From: a bacterium | GTDB taxonomy: Bacteria; Bacteroidota; Ignavibacteria; UBA10030 | Direction: 5' to 3' | DNA length: 64,000 bases | Assembly (NCBI GenBank): GCA_043803945.1 | Contig: JAZDJN010000040.1 | Location: 1 to 64,000, forward strand | Shown: positions 19,378 through 30,800 of the stretch, one piece after another | Layout of the letters: each line of letters opens with the position of its first letter | Position numbering within the stretch: the stretch's first letter is position 1 | Made by a program: the position numbers and the translations under genes | Notes under the pieces: generated by a model | What the model saw: only the letters and a program-made list of their open reading frames with translations | Database searches by the model: none | What the model was told of the DNA's origin: nothing

Positions 19378-21483
19378 CTAACGAATGAGCAATACGAGTG
19401 ATCTTGCCGAAACCCTGTAATATGATTGATCATCGAGGAGGACCAGCTTTTCCTCCTCGACAATGTCATCAGGGCTCGGCAACGATGTATCGATGACACG
19501 AGACCATCCCTTGCCAGATTCATTCGCAGGCACCGCAAACTTCAATTCCTCCCAAAAAGCATTCATGATCATGAAAAAATTACTGCCTGCCTCCTTATCA
19601 CGTACTTCCATTGCAAGCGCATGAGAGTTGTCATTCCAATCCGGGTGATGTAATGAAACACCATGCCACAGGATTGCCGGGTACGTCTCATCCTCCTTGA
19701 AATAGCTATGCGGCCTGAAAAAGGAGTATCGTTTTCGGAACGCAATAAGGCCCTTGACAAACCTGAAGAGATCTGCATTCTTTTGTAAAAGGGACCAATC
19801 AATCCAACTGATTTCATTATCCTGACAGTACGCGTTATTATTCCCCTGCTGCGTGCGGCCGAATTCGTCACCCGCCATGAGCATCGGAACACCGTGGGAA
19901 AGAAGGAGTGTGCCAAGATAATTTTTTATCATCCTCTTGCGCAATCGATGAATTGCCGGATCATCGGCAGGCCCTTCCACTCCCCAGTTGCAACTGAAGT
20001 TGAGATTCTCTCCATCGCGATTCCCTTCACCATTGGCGCCATTATGCTTCTCCTGATATGAAACAAGGTCCGCCAATGTGAATCCATCATGACTTGTGAT
20101 AAAATTGATACTGTGATAGGGAGCCCGTTTCTGATCCATATAAAGATCCGCGCTGCCGCAAATCCGGGTGGCAAGCGAGCGAATCTTACCCTCATCACCT
20201 CTCCAGAAACGGCGGATATCATCGCGATACCGTCCATTCCATTCCGCCCATCGCCCCCAGTGCGGATAGCTCCCCACATGATAGGCGCCCGCGGCATCCC
20301 AGGGCTCAGCAATCAACTTACAGTGTGCGAGAACAGGGTCATTGGTAATCTGTTCCAGCAGCGGCGGAGCAGCGAGTATTTTTCCGTCGATTCCTCTAGT
20401 GAGAATTGAGGCAAGGTCAAATCGAAATCCATCGACATGCATTTCTGTTACCCAGTACCGGAGCGAATCGATGATGTGTTCCCGAACTACCGTATGATTA
20501 CAATTGATGGTATTCCCGCAGCCGGAATAATTTTCCAATTTCCCTGACGATGGATCAACAATATAATAGATAGGATTATCGAGACCGCGGAACGAGAGTG
20601 TTTCGTACGTCTCATCACTCTCGCCCGTATGATTGTACACAACGTCGAGGATCACTTCGATCCCTGCCGCATGCATAGCCTTCACCATCTCTTTGAATTC
20701 CCGTACCTCTCCTCCTTGTTCAGATTGAGATGCATAGGAAGCCTTAAGCGCAAAATAACTGATCGGATGGTATCCCCAGTAATTGACAAGACGATCACCC
20801 GTGACAGGATCATATCTTCGACAATCGGTTTCAAGAAAATCGGTGACGGGCATAAGTTCAACAGTCGTCACACCGAGTTCTTTGAGATAGGGAATTTTTT
20901 CACTAAGTCCCTTGAATGTTCCCTGATGATTTACCGAAGATTTTGGATGCCGGGTAAATCCACGGACATGCAACTCATAGATGATCGAGTCAGCCGGATG
21001 GTACTTCAGAGGCTGGTCAGCCTCCCAATCGAATCCCTGGTCAATCACTCTCGAACGGCGCCAGGGAGTGTTGATGGTAGAGATCGGTGGAAGTGCTCGT
21101 CTCCAACTCTCACCGCCGCTGAGAGACTTCGCGTAAGGATCGATGAGAAGTTTAGAGGGATCGAAGCGATAGATGTCCGGACGTTGATTTGGTATCAATG
21201 ATGCACGGAACCCATATTCAATATCGGATGATACTCCATAGATGAAGATATGCCAGATATCACCGGTGCGGTTCAGCAGAGGATCGAACTTCAATTCCTG
21301 AAATGGTTCTTCTTTGCCTGCCTTGTAGAGTATGAGGGTCATTTCCGTGGCATGCTTCGAGAATAGAGAATAATTGATCCCCTCTGAGCTGACCGTCGCC
21401 CCCAATGGCAGCGGTCTGCCGCGGCCGGTAGTAAGTTCAGATTGTGGTGATCGCTTTGTTCTCTTCTTCGTTCGTTCTACCAT
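19378..21483 (-). CDS. glgX: Glycogen debranching enzyme (GH13)
   Basis: NYWGY, DVVYNHT, DGFRFDLA, IAEPWD, NFITSHDGFTL and GNNNAYCQDN motifs. Confidence 0.95.
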   Translation of the reverse strand: MVERTKKRTKRSPQSELTTGRGRPLPLGATVSSEGINYSLFSKHATEMTLILYKAGKEEPFQELKFDPLLNRTGDIWHIFIYGVSSDIEYGFRASLIPNQRPDIYRFDPSKLLIDPYAKSLSGGESWRRALPPISTINTPWRRSRVIDQGFDWEADQPLKYHPADSIIYELHVRGFTRHPKSSVNHQGTFKGLSEKIPYLKELGVTTVELMPVTDFLETDCRRYDPVTGDRLVNYWGYHPISYFALKASYASQSEQGGEVREFKEMVKAMHAAGIEVILDVVYNHTGESDETYETLSFRGLDNPIYYIVDPSSGKLENYSGCGNTINCNHTVVREHIIDSLRYWVTEMHVDGFRFDLASILTRGIDGKILAAPPLLEQITNDPVLAHCKLIAEPWDAAGAYHVGSYPHWGRWAEWNGRYRDDIRRFWRGDEGKIRSLATRICGSADLYMDQKRAPYHSINFITSHDGFTLADLVSYQEKHNGANGEGNRDGENLNFSCNWGVEGPADDPAIHRLRKRMIKNYLGTLLLSHGVPMLMAGDEFGRTQQGNNNAYCQDNEISWIDWSLLQKNADLFRFVKGLIAFRKRYSFFRPHSYFKEDETYPAILWHGVSLHHPDWNDNSHALAMEVRDKEAGSNFFMIMNAFWEELKFAVPANESGKGWSRVIDTSLPSPDDIVEEEKLVLLDDQSYYRVSARSLVLLIR

Positions 21484-21550
21484 AGCAACTTCTCCAAATG
21501 TTTAAACAATCGTCGACAATCGAATTGACCATAATGTCATCAGTAGCAAT

Positions 21551-22570
21551 TCATGATGACCGATGAGCTCGCAAGTGGTAGACGCTATTACGACCCGATC
21601 GTTGCGCCTCAAACAATGCTTGTTTGACGTTCAGCAACAACTCGTCCATCGATTTGGCATCCTCCGGAAATATCACAACGCCAATACTAACAGTGGTCTT
21701 AATATTATGATTTGTAAATGCAGCCCGTTCTACCGCATCGCGCAGCTCGTTGGCAAATGTCATAGCCTCATCGGTGCGGGCATTTGCGCGCAGCACCACC
21801 AGTTCATCAAACCCGTAACGGCCTGCCGTATCGACATTGCGCAGCAGCGTTCGGATCAGGTCTGCGAGTTGCCGCAAGAGTAACCGCGAGGATTCATGGC
21901 CATAGGTTGATGAAATGTATTTGAAATTATCGACATCGAGCAGGAGAAGGGCGAAGCTCTCTTGAAAATTCTTCTCCCGATCGATGGCTTTGGGGACATG
22001 GTCAAGAAACGCTGTGTACCGTTCCAGCCCCGTTTCATGATCAATGCGATCCATGTGCAGAATATCGTCGAACAATCGTGAGCGCTGAATGGCAATGGCG
22101 GCGATATCAGCACAGAGCTGCAGGAACGGAAGGTCTTCGGCAGAAAAGACATCCGCCTCCTTCGAATCGACATGGAGGTAACCGGTTGTCCGAAGGTCAA
22201 CTGAAATCTGAACACACACTGCGGAACCATATTCGTGCTCGAGCAGTACGTCCTGAGCCAGTTCCGGATTAGCGGCTTGATCGGTAACAATAAGAGGTTT
22301 CCCCGTCCAAAGCAATTCACCGATTTTCCCGACCGTAATTTTTTGATGGTATCCCTTCACAAAGGTGTGAGAGAGTCCATAATTATTGCTGACATTGAGA
22401 TATTCAGTTTTGGGATTGATCACAATAATCGCGCACGTTTGACAACGATAGATCCGCGTCACATGATCGACGATGAATTGCAGCGCCTCCTCCTGTTGAT
22501 GTTTAGTTTTCAATAGGGTAAACAGCTGCGTCATAAACTTGAAGCAATCTTCTTGTTTCTGGTAGTCCAT
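21551..22570 (-). CDS. GAF-GGDEF protein with degenerate active site
   Basis: GAF region, DVDNFK..YGH, RNVD-x5-GFDEL and TVSIGV. RBS AAAGGAG lies before ATG 22570. Confidence 0.88.
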   Translation of the reverse strand: MDYQKQEDCFKFMTQLFTLLKTKHQQEEALQFIVDHVTRIYRCQTCAIIVINPKTEYLNVSNNYGLSHTFVKGYHQKITVGKIGELLWTGKPLIVTDQAANPELAQDVLLEHEYGSAVCVQISVDLRTTGYLHVDSKEADVFSAEDLPFLQLCADIAAIAIQRSRLFDDILHMDRIDHETGLERYTAFLDHVPKAIDREKNFQESFALLLLDVDNFKYISSTYGHESSRLLLRQLADLIRTLLRNVDTAGRYGFDELVVLRANARTDEAMTFANELRDAVERAAFTNHNIKTTVSIGVVIFPEDAKSMDELLLNVKQALFEAQRSGRNSVYHLRAHRSS

Positions 22571-22938
22571 GGCAATCTTCTCCTTTCGAGTCGGTTGTCG
22601 TTGAGAGAATATGATTGCTCTGAACTGACTGTCCAACGGGCAAGTCCCTCGATCCATCGAGGGAATCGAGGCTAAGTTCAGGGTATCATCGCATTGAATT
22701 GGTACCGCCTACAGCGAATCTACAATTGTGATGGGTGAGATGCAAGAAATTGGATGAAATTCGGGTGCAGGTATTACCGGTACAACGTCAATGACCCGAA
22801 ATGCGCTTCTCCTAGCCTATTACTCAGAACTGCTTCAGGTACTCATCTCTTCTAAAAATCGGTGATGAACAATTGCCTGAGAGTAATGTCCGGCTGGTGT
22901 TGGTGCATTGGGTGTTGTGACAATGTTCATTGTATCGC

Positions 22939-23922
22939 TCATTGCTTTTTATGTTTGATGGTATTTACTCAGCATGTTCAAAAGTCCATTGAGTGCCTTT
23001 TCTATCTCCCCCTTTGCCAAAGGGGGACTGGGGGGATTTCTCGGGAATTTGCAAATAATTCTCGATCATGATTTTTTACATATGGACAGCGTGAAAATCA
23101 AATCCCCCGTACCCCCTTTACGAAAGGGGGAATTTACTCAGCACACGAACTACAATTCATTAATCAAGCTCTACGGCATTCTGCTATAAATGCAAATCGC
23201 CGTGAAGCCGTGAATATCACACTGAGTAATTACGTTTGATGAATGTGTTCGATTGCAATTCACGGTACGCAATCTGCAGTTCCTCTTCCGTGTTCATTAC
23301 AATGGGGCCGTACCAGGCGATGGGCTCTTTGATGGGCTTTCCTGAGATGAGCAGGAAGCGAAACTCTTGATCCGCGGAGGCAGCTCTTATCGATGAGCCC
23401 TGATCGAAAACAAGCAGTGTTCCATTGGGATAGAAGAGTTCTTGCGCTTCGGCAGAGACGGAGGCTGCATCGTTATTAAACGAACCGACTGGGGGATATT
23501 CTGTCTTAAGATTTCCTGATAGCGCGGATCCATCATTTTATTCGAGGAAGGTAAATTTGCCCAGAGTTGGAATCCATGCATGTGCCCCTGGGCATCGCCC
23601 TTCGGCATCTCTTGATGCAGAATTCCGCTTCCGGCCGTCATCCATTGAACATCGCCCGAGCCGATGATTCCCGAATTGCCCAGGCTATCGCCATGCTCAA
23701 CGGATCCTTTCAGCACATGGTGATGGTTTCGATTCCACGATGCGGATGCCAGGGGAAACCCCGGCGATACAGCGACGGATGATCGGATCGAAAATCGTCC
23801 AGGAGAAGAAATGGGTCGAAGAGTTCAGACTCCCCAAATCCAAACGCCCGTTTAAGGTGAACACCGGCACCTTCAATCGTCGGCCTGCTCTGGAATATTC
23901 GTTTCACCGTTCGATGAGCCAT
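22939..23922 (-). pseudogene. Pirin family pseudogene
   Basis: [31 protein letters not shown] and PIAWYGPIVMN motifs. Frameshift near 23717, internal deletion with frame change near 23480, MITE in the last codons (original end FIKHKKQ*). Confidence 0.9.
22961..23233. mobile_element. 273-bp MITE with 12-bp terminal inverted repeats and 8-bp target-site duplication
   Basis: Ends GTATTTACTCAG / CTGAGTAATTAC, flanked by GTTTGATG at 22953-22960 and 23234-23241. Contains two CCCCCTTT-N3-AAAGGGGG palindromes. Confidence 0.88.
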
Positions 23923-23995
23923 ATGCTGGATCCTCCTTCCAAGAATAGAATAATAAGCAGTTATGATACTGCTCATGATCCTTACACCATTCTCT

Positions 23996-24466
23996 CTATC
24001 TGATTCCTTCTTCTCTTTGTACCGGAATTTTCACTACAAGTTTTTTAATACGCTCTCCCTGATCTCCCTGTTTTATTTTCGGCATGTGCCCATCCTGCGG
24101 GAAGAAGATTGCGAACTGACCTTCATTCAGTGTGATCGTGCCGACCGTACCCTGGAGTTTCTGAAAGTCTTTTGCCTCATCGTAGGATTCTCTCCGGCAC
24201 TGCTCGGCCTGGCATATACCGATAATTTCTTTTCCGCGAAGAACAACATGGATGTCGATAAATTTTTGATGTGCTTCAATGAAACACTCGCTCATCTCCT
24301 GCGTGGAATATTCCGAGATCATTGCATAGGAACCATCGGGAGTGATCTCCACCCTTCCCTCCTGTAGTGCCGTGAGTGTCGGTGAGCAAAGGAACTGCCC
24401 CACCGCCGGAAAGTGCGGATGGATGGTTTTATAAAGTGTGAAATTGTTCAGTGAATCGAATATCAT
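23996..24466 (-). CDS. YhcH/YjgK/YiaL family protein
   Basis: MIFDSL start; EAHQKFIDIH, FAIFFPQDGHMP and KKLVVKI motifs. Confidence 0.9.
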   Translation of the reverse strand: MIFDSLNNFTLYKTIHPHFPAVGQFLCSPTLTALQEGRVEITPDGSYAMISEYSTQEMSECFIEAHQKFIDIHVVLRGKEIIGICQAEQCRRESYDEAKDFQKLQGTVGTITLNEGQFAIFFPQDGHMPKIKQGDQGERIKKLVVKIPVQREEGIR

Positions 24467-24576
24467 ATGTTCATCCTGATTATTGACGCCTGGTTGTTTG
24501 ATTGTGACATTCGAATGGGAATTCCGTTGAAATGATTTTTTTACAAAGAAATGAAACGGCCTCGACGAGGAGCCGG

Positions 24577-25581
24577 TCATTTCTCCCCGGCACTGTTAAA
24601 ATCTTTCACTGCACGGAAGAACGATTCTACATTCTCGATCGGAGTTCCGGGTGGAATATCACAGCCGGATGAGATGACGTAATTAGCGTACGATGCTGTC
24701 TCCTGGAGCAGAGATCGGACCACCTTATAGACCTGCTCCGGCGTGCCATGGCGGAATGTATGCGCCGGATCCACATTACCAAAAAGGAGCGTAGGGGCTG
24801 GAATGCGAGGCAAGATCTCGGCGATATTCACTGCGTTGCCAAGATGAATAGCTTTGGCTCCCGTCGAGAGCATCGACTCGATGAGACCTTCTGTATTTCC
24901 GCAATTATGGAGTATGACAGTAAAGTCATCAGACTGCACCGTATCGATAATTCGTTTGACATACGTAGAAGAAAATTCATGACACATCCCCGGAGAGAGC
25001 AGCCCGGCTGCCGGTTCTGCCATAAGTAAACCGTTTGCTCCTGCTTGCTTGATCGCTTTTGCATACTCCGTTAAGAAGTTGGTACATTTATCAAGTAATA
25101 CATGCATGATTTCCGGCTCTAACAGCATCGAGGTCATTGCTTCTGCAATATCGAAGAGGCGTCCTGCGAGGGAAAATGGCCCGATGGTTCCGCCAAAGAT
25201 CGGTTTTCCCTTGATTGCTGCTGCAGTGAGTGCCACCGCCTTAAGAAATTCTGATGTGCGGCCTGCGCCGACATCTGGAATAGAAAGTTGTTGAATTGAA
25301 TCAGCGTCAGAGACCAACCTGCCGGAAACGAATGGTACCTCCTCTTCGCTGAAAGCAATTGGCGATCCGAACGCTTCTGCCTCGAGAGAGAGGTCCATCA
25401 AATGCACTACGCCAGTCGATGGATACTTTGCTGCGAGAGCCTGAACGCACCTTGAGTGATGTTCCGCATTCATTACCACATCTTGAACAGACTTCCCGGT
25501 CAACAGTAATCCGGGATAGGTCATTAAGGGCATCGCGTGACGATACGGACTTTCAAGTATTGATTGAATCCACTGTTTCAT
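24577..25581 (-). CDS. Uroporphyrinogen decarboxylase-family protein (MtaA/CmuA-like methyltransferase)
   Basis: DLSLEAEAFG, GPFSLA, LHNCG and SSGCDIP zinc-site motifs. Confidence 0.88.
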   Translation of the reverse strand: MKQWIQSILESPYRHAMPLMTYPGLLLTGKSVQDVVMNAEHHSRCVQALAAKYPSTGVVHLMDLSLEAEAFGSPIAFSEEEVPFVSGRLVSDADSIQQLSIPDVGAGRTSEFLKAVALTAAAIKGKPIFGGTIGPFSLAGRLFDIAEAMTSMLLEPEIMHVLLDKCTNFLTEYAKAIKQAGANGLLMAEPAAGLLSPGMCHEFSSTYVKRIIDTVQSDDFTVILHNCGNTEGLIESMLSTGAKAIHLGNAVNIAEILPRIPAPTLLFGNVDPAHTFRHGTPEQVYKVVRSLLQETASYANYVISSGCDIPPGTPIENVESFFRAVKDFNSAGEK

Positions 25582-25726
25582 TTATCATCAATTCGATAAT
25601 CAGAGAAGATCTTTGTTGTCAGTATAATGAATGAATCTTCAAAAATCTATGTAACATTATACGCGGTTGTTTCATCCATACCATGTTCGATCAGGACATG
25701 GACCGCGTCATTATGCGGGGACGCAT

Positions 25727-25757
25727 AAAAAAATGCCGGGCATTGACCCGACATTTT
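25727..25757 (-). terminator. Intrinsic terminator
   Basis: Minus strand AAAATGTCGGG-TCAATG-CCCGGCATTTTTTT downstream of the acyl-CoA ligase. Confidence 0.75.
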
Positions 25758-25797
25758 CGAAGCTGAATGTACTGTGACCTTTGTGGAGGAAAAAAAA

Positions 25798-27717
25798 TTA
25801 TTCTTCCAGACGCTTAATAATCATCTTATTTTGATGATTACTGATATCCTTCCCTTCGGTGGTCAAGGCAAAATCAATACGATTCTTATAGAATTCCGTG
25901 ATGCGGCCGCGCACCATTTTCAGCGTGCTGTTGAGCAACCGGTTTTGTTCGGTAAAGCCTTCACCCAGGACGCACACTGCCGAAGGGAGCCACCGTTCGG
26001 GGAACATCCCGATTTTTTTATTGTGCTGCTTGTACCGATCGACTTCAGCATGCAGCAGTTTGAGAACGGCAACCTGGCCTTCCTCGGAATGGCGATCGAG
26101 ATTTTTCGATTTCAACCATTCGAGGAGCCCGGCCTTGTTTGGAACAATCAGTACCACCGTATACGGACTGTGATCATTGTAGAGCATCGCCTGATCAATG
26201 TAAGGCGAGTGGGCAATCATCGTTTCTTCTATCCCCTCGGGACTGTATTTCTCGCCATCGTACCCGATCATCACACTTTTTTCACGTCCGAGCACGAAGA
26301 GGAACCCATCATCATCCAGAAATCCAATATCGCCGGTATGGAGCCATCCATCGCGTAACGCTTCACGGGTCGCCCGTTCATTCTTCCAATACCCGGACAT
26401 TACGTTTTCACCCTTGATGACAATTTCCCCCTTTTGACCGACGGGCAATGCATTCCCCTGCTCGTCGCAGATCTTAACAGCGATGTCCGGAAGGACTTTG
26501 CCTGATGAACCGAATTTATGTGCGTCAGGAGTATTTGCGGAAATCACCGGGGCGGCTTCCGTCAATCCATAGCCCTGATACATGGGAATACCGATAGCAT
26601 TAAAGAATTGTTGAAGTTCGATATCAAGGTATGCAGCTCCCCCAATGAAATAATCCACCTTCCCGCCGAAATTCGCCCTGATTTTTCTATACATCAGCGC
26701 ATCAGCCAACCGGTAGATCGGATGCCGCGGTTTTGGAAGTTTCACGCCTTTGTTATACCCATCGCCGTAATGGGCATATGCAATCTCCAATCCTTTCTTA
26801 AAAAGATTTTCGATCAACTTTCCCTTTTCGCTGATTGCTTTCTCAATGTTCTTTCTAAAATTCTTTGCCAGTGCTGGCACACTGAGAAGAAATGTTGGAC
26901 GCACCTCCTTGATGCTCGTGGGGATATTCCTCAACGTCTCCATAGGAGTCTTTCCAACCGGTATTGATGCCATACTTGCACCGATACTCATCAGCAGGTA
27001 GACACCGGCGGTATGTGCGAAGGCATGGTCCCATGGAAGAATCAGCAGCGAACAGTACCACTCAGGCTGCGGCAGATGGATAGAGCATTGTTTTGTATTC
27101 ACAACATAATTTTTGTGTGTCAGAATAATCCCTTTGGGATCTGCCGTGGTTCCCGAGGTATAGGAAATCGTTGCCGGATCATCTTCCTGGATCGATTGCC
27201 AACGCATATCAAATTCGTTCTTATGCGATTGAAGATAATCCTTACCCCGTGCAAGGAGATCTGCAAAAGCAAGTTCATCCTCCCGGAGTTTTCCTTCAGG
27301 ATCGAGCAGAATGACTTTTTCAAGGTCAGGCAAGTCGTGGCGTATTTTCAGCACCTTGTGTACCTGGTTGCCCGAGACAATGACCATTTTACAGCCCGAG
27401 TGTGCCAGTTTGAACTGAAGCTCGGAAAGTTCTTCAATTTTAATTGAGAGGGGCACATTGATTCCACCGGCATAGAGGACACCAAACTCCGAGACCACCC
27501 AATCATTTCTTCCTTCGGAGATTAAACCAATCCGGTCTCCTTTTCTCAGGCCAAGTGTGAGTAGTCCGGCGGCACACTGATGTACCCGTGTCTGGATTTC
27601 CCTGTATGTCGAACTGACGTATTTCCCTTCCCTTTTTTCCCACATCATCACATTCTGCGGGAAGCGTTGAACGTTCTGTTCAAACAGATTTGGTATTGTT
27701 CTTGGTGTGTTTGCCAT
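25798..27717 (-). CDS. Long-chain fatty acid-CoA ligase (AMP-binding)
   Basis: YTSGTTADPKG, GYGLTE and GWLHTGDIG motifs. Confidence 0.92.
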   Translation of the reverse strand: MANTPRTIPNLFEQNVQRFPQNVMMWEKREGKYVSSTYREIQTRVHQCAAGLLTLGLRKGDRIGLISEGRNDWVVSEFGVLYAGGINVPLSIKIEELSELQFKLAHSGCKMVIVSGNQVHKVLKIRHDLPDLEKVILLDPEGKLREDELAFADLLARGKDYLQSHKNEFDMRWQSIQEDDPATISYTSGTTADPKGIILTHKNYVVNTKQCSIHLPQPEWYCSLLILPWDHAFAHTAGVYLLMSIGASMASIPVGKTPMETLRNIPTSIKEVRPTFLLSVPALAKNFRKNIEKAISEKGKLIENLFKKGLEIAYAHYGDGYNKGVKLPKPRHPIYRLADALMYRKIRANFGGKVDYFIGGAAYLDIELQQFFNAIGIPMYQGYGLTEAAPVISANTPDAHKFGSSGKVLPDIAVKICDEQGNALPVGQKGEIVIKGENVMSGYWKNERATREALRDGWLHTGDIGFLDDDGFLFVLGREKSVMIGYDGEKYSPEGIEETMIAHSPYIDQAMLYNDHSPYTVVLIVPNKAGLLEWLKSKNLDRHSEEGQVAVLKLLHAEVDRYKQHNKKIGMFPERWLPSAVCVLGEGFTEQNRLLNSTLKMVRGRITEFYKNRIDFALTTEGKDISNHQNKMIIKRLEE

Positions 27718-27842
27718 GATTTGTATTCCTTGCAATCAGTATATCGTGGTGATGGTACCTACCTCAATAGATCGTACTGTCACAACTGGGCCGTGACAGC
27801 CACCCTTTAGTTATTTCCCTTGTGACACATTGAGGTACAAAG

Positions 27843-30800
27843 TTAATCCCTGGATTCCTTTTTATCAAATTCCTCTCTCGTCATAAGTTTGAGCGGTTTG
27901 GCCTTACTCTTCTCCAATTCCGTGTTGACGTTGCCAAGAGAGGTTTTGATAACTGTATCAACATCTTCTTTCTTTTTCAGGATCCTTTTTTCAAGTACTC
28001 CCATTCGATCGATCTGGGATTGTGTCGGACGTCCTCCATAGCCGCTCACCGCACCATAGAGATCGACCACCTGCTCACGCAATCGTTCTTCACTTGCCAT
28101 CAATGTGCCGGTTCGCGCGACAATGGTTTGATGCAGACTGTCGAGGTTTTGTACAAATTTTTTCATAGTGAGGCCAACTACCGAAGTGGAGTCGATTTTT
28201 TTCAGACGATCTTCTGCCTGCCGTTGAAGGTCTGCCACGGCATCGCCGATATAGGCAAGGTCACCCTGCATACCATACAGTTTCATGACGGTAGAATATT
28301 GGAGCGCCCGTTCCTGTTTCGTATACGGCTCCCGGGGATCGGGGATAAGTGTAATCGATCCTTTGTACGTTGCTACTTCACCCTTCTGATTTTCCTTCTC
28401 AACATGAAATATATATGTTCCCTCCTGCACCATCGGCCCAAAGAGTATGCGCCCGGCAAGGACCGGTGAGGCTGCAACGCGCGGTGGTTTCATTCGCATC
28501 GGCCAATTCACGCGGTTGATACCCTGCCGCTTTCCACCCATCAACGTGGTTATCAGTTTTCCATCCGGTCCAAAGACTTTTACATTCAGGCTGCCAAATG
28601 TGTGGCGCTCTTTGAGGTAATAGGTAATCTTTGCCGCCTCAGAGGGATTCGGTCCGACAAATTCCTGGTTACCCGGGTATTGCTGTTCTGAGACAGGGAC
28701 CTTGATGGTGATGGGTCGTGTCGGGAAAACATAGACATCATTATCCAGGATTTCGGTTTTCATTGCGCGCAGAGGGGAGATATCATCGACAATGAGAATT
28801 CCCCTGCCATGGGTGGCAAGTATCAGGTCATGCTCACGCGGATGGATCTCGATATCGAAGACGGGAGTATTTGGAAAATTCCCCGTAAACTGTGCCCATT
28901 GCTTCCCCCCATCAATCGACAGGAAGAGGCCGAACTCTGTTCCAAGGAACAGCAACTGAGGATTAACCGGATCCTCTTTTATCGAACGGGCAAATCCTTT
29001 CACGTCGGAGGTTGCCATCGAGATCCAGTTTACTCCGTAGTCGGTCGTTTTGTAGACGTAAGATTTCATGTCGCCGGTTTGATGCCCGCTGAATACTGCA
29101 TAGGCCGTTCCCGCTTTATGCGCGCTTGCCTCAACCTTCATACACCAGGTAGTGGGCGGCAGGCTGGGAATATTTTTCACAGCGTTCATCCAGGTTTTTC
29201 CCGCATCCTTTGTCACCTGAAGATTTCCATCGTCAGTTCCCGCCCATACCACTTTTGCATCGAGCGGCGATTCACAAATCGTATAAATTGTACAATGATT
29301 TTCTGCAGAGGTATTGTCGATCGTCAGGCCTCCGGATTTCTCCTGCTGAAGTTTTGACGTATCGTTGGTTGTCAGGTCTCCAGAAATCTTCTTCCACGAT
29401 TCACCATGGTCGGAGGAGCGGAAGAGAAATTGGCAGCCTAGATATAACGCCCCACTCTTCGCGCCAAACGTAATCGGTGTGTTCCAATTCCATCGATATT
29501 TTGGATCGCTCTCTAATGGATAGGGCTTGATTTCTTTCGTCTGGCCTGTTGATCGGTGCTTCCGCATCATATTGCCGCCCTGATACTGCCAGTAAACGAT
29601 ATCGGGATCTTTGCTGTCAGGGAAGACATTGAATCCATCGCCGCCGCCAACATTTCTCCAATCCCGATTTCGCACTCCACCAATCCCGATAGATGGCCCA
29701 ACCCATGAACCATTATCCTGCAATCCGCCGTACACATTGTAAGGGGTTTGCATATCGTAGGCAACGTGGTAGAATTGCGACGCGGGAAGGTTTAAAAAAT
29801 GTTTCCATGTACTTCCCCGGTCGAACGACTCATAGACTCCTCCATCCGTTCCAATAATCACATGCCGCGGTTCACGAGGATCAATCCAGAGTGCGTGGAG
29901 ATCGGAGTGCATACCGGCAGCGGCAATCCACGATTTTCCACTGTCGGCGCTGATACCAAGCTGTAATCCCGGTTTGAATATCCGCTTACTTTCTTGCGGG
30001 TCGACGGCAAGGAGTGAAAAATAGAACGGGCGATAGGTCACAGTGCCGCTCGTACTGCGCAGCGACCATGTCTCACCATAATCCATCGAGCGATAGATGC
30101 CGCTCTTCTTTGCTTCGACGGTTGCATAGAGGATATTCGGACTTGAAGGGGCAACGGCAATCGCGATACGGCCAAGATCCCCTTCCGGCAAACCAGCGGT
30201 GAGTTTCTTCCAGGTCTTTCCAGCATCGACTGATTTATAGAAGCCGCTGCCGGGGCCGCCGGATGAAAAGCTCCACGGCTGGCGGCGGAATTCCCACATC
30301 GCAGCATAAAGGGTGGAAGGATTTTTTGGATCCATCACTAAATCGGCGCAGCCAGTCCGTTCATTTACTTCGAGGATAAGCTTCCAGCTCTTTCCGCCGT
30401 CGGGAGTGAGATAGACACCTCGCTCTTTGCTGTCGCTCCATAATTTCCCGAGAACCGCAACATAGACGGAGTCTGAGCAGCGCGGATTGATGACAATTTT
30501 ATTGATGCGTTCGGAATTCGGCAATCCGATGTTTGTCCATGTCTTACCCCCGTCGCGCGTTTTATAGATTCCATCGCCGGCTGAAACGCTATTACGAACC
30601 CAGGGCTCGCCAGTCCCCACCCACACTGTGTCAGGGTGATTCTGATCGATGGCAATACCGCCGATACATTGATTATGTTTATCGAAGATCGGTTCGAATG
30701 TTGTTCCGGCATTCGACGATTTCCACACACCTCCGGCCGCTGCACCCACATAAATAATGCGTGGATCACTGTTGAGCACATCGATTGCTGCGATACGACC

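Noticed and set aside
25660-25728. Hairpins upstream of the MtaA-like gene as a cobalamin riboswitch
   Set aside because: No B12-box recognised, and the best -10 (TATAAT) lies between the hairpins and the gene.
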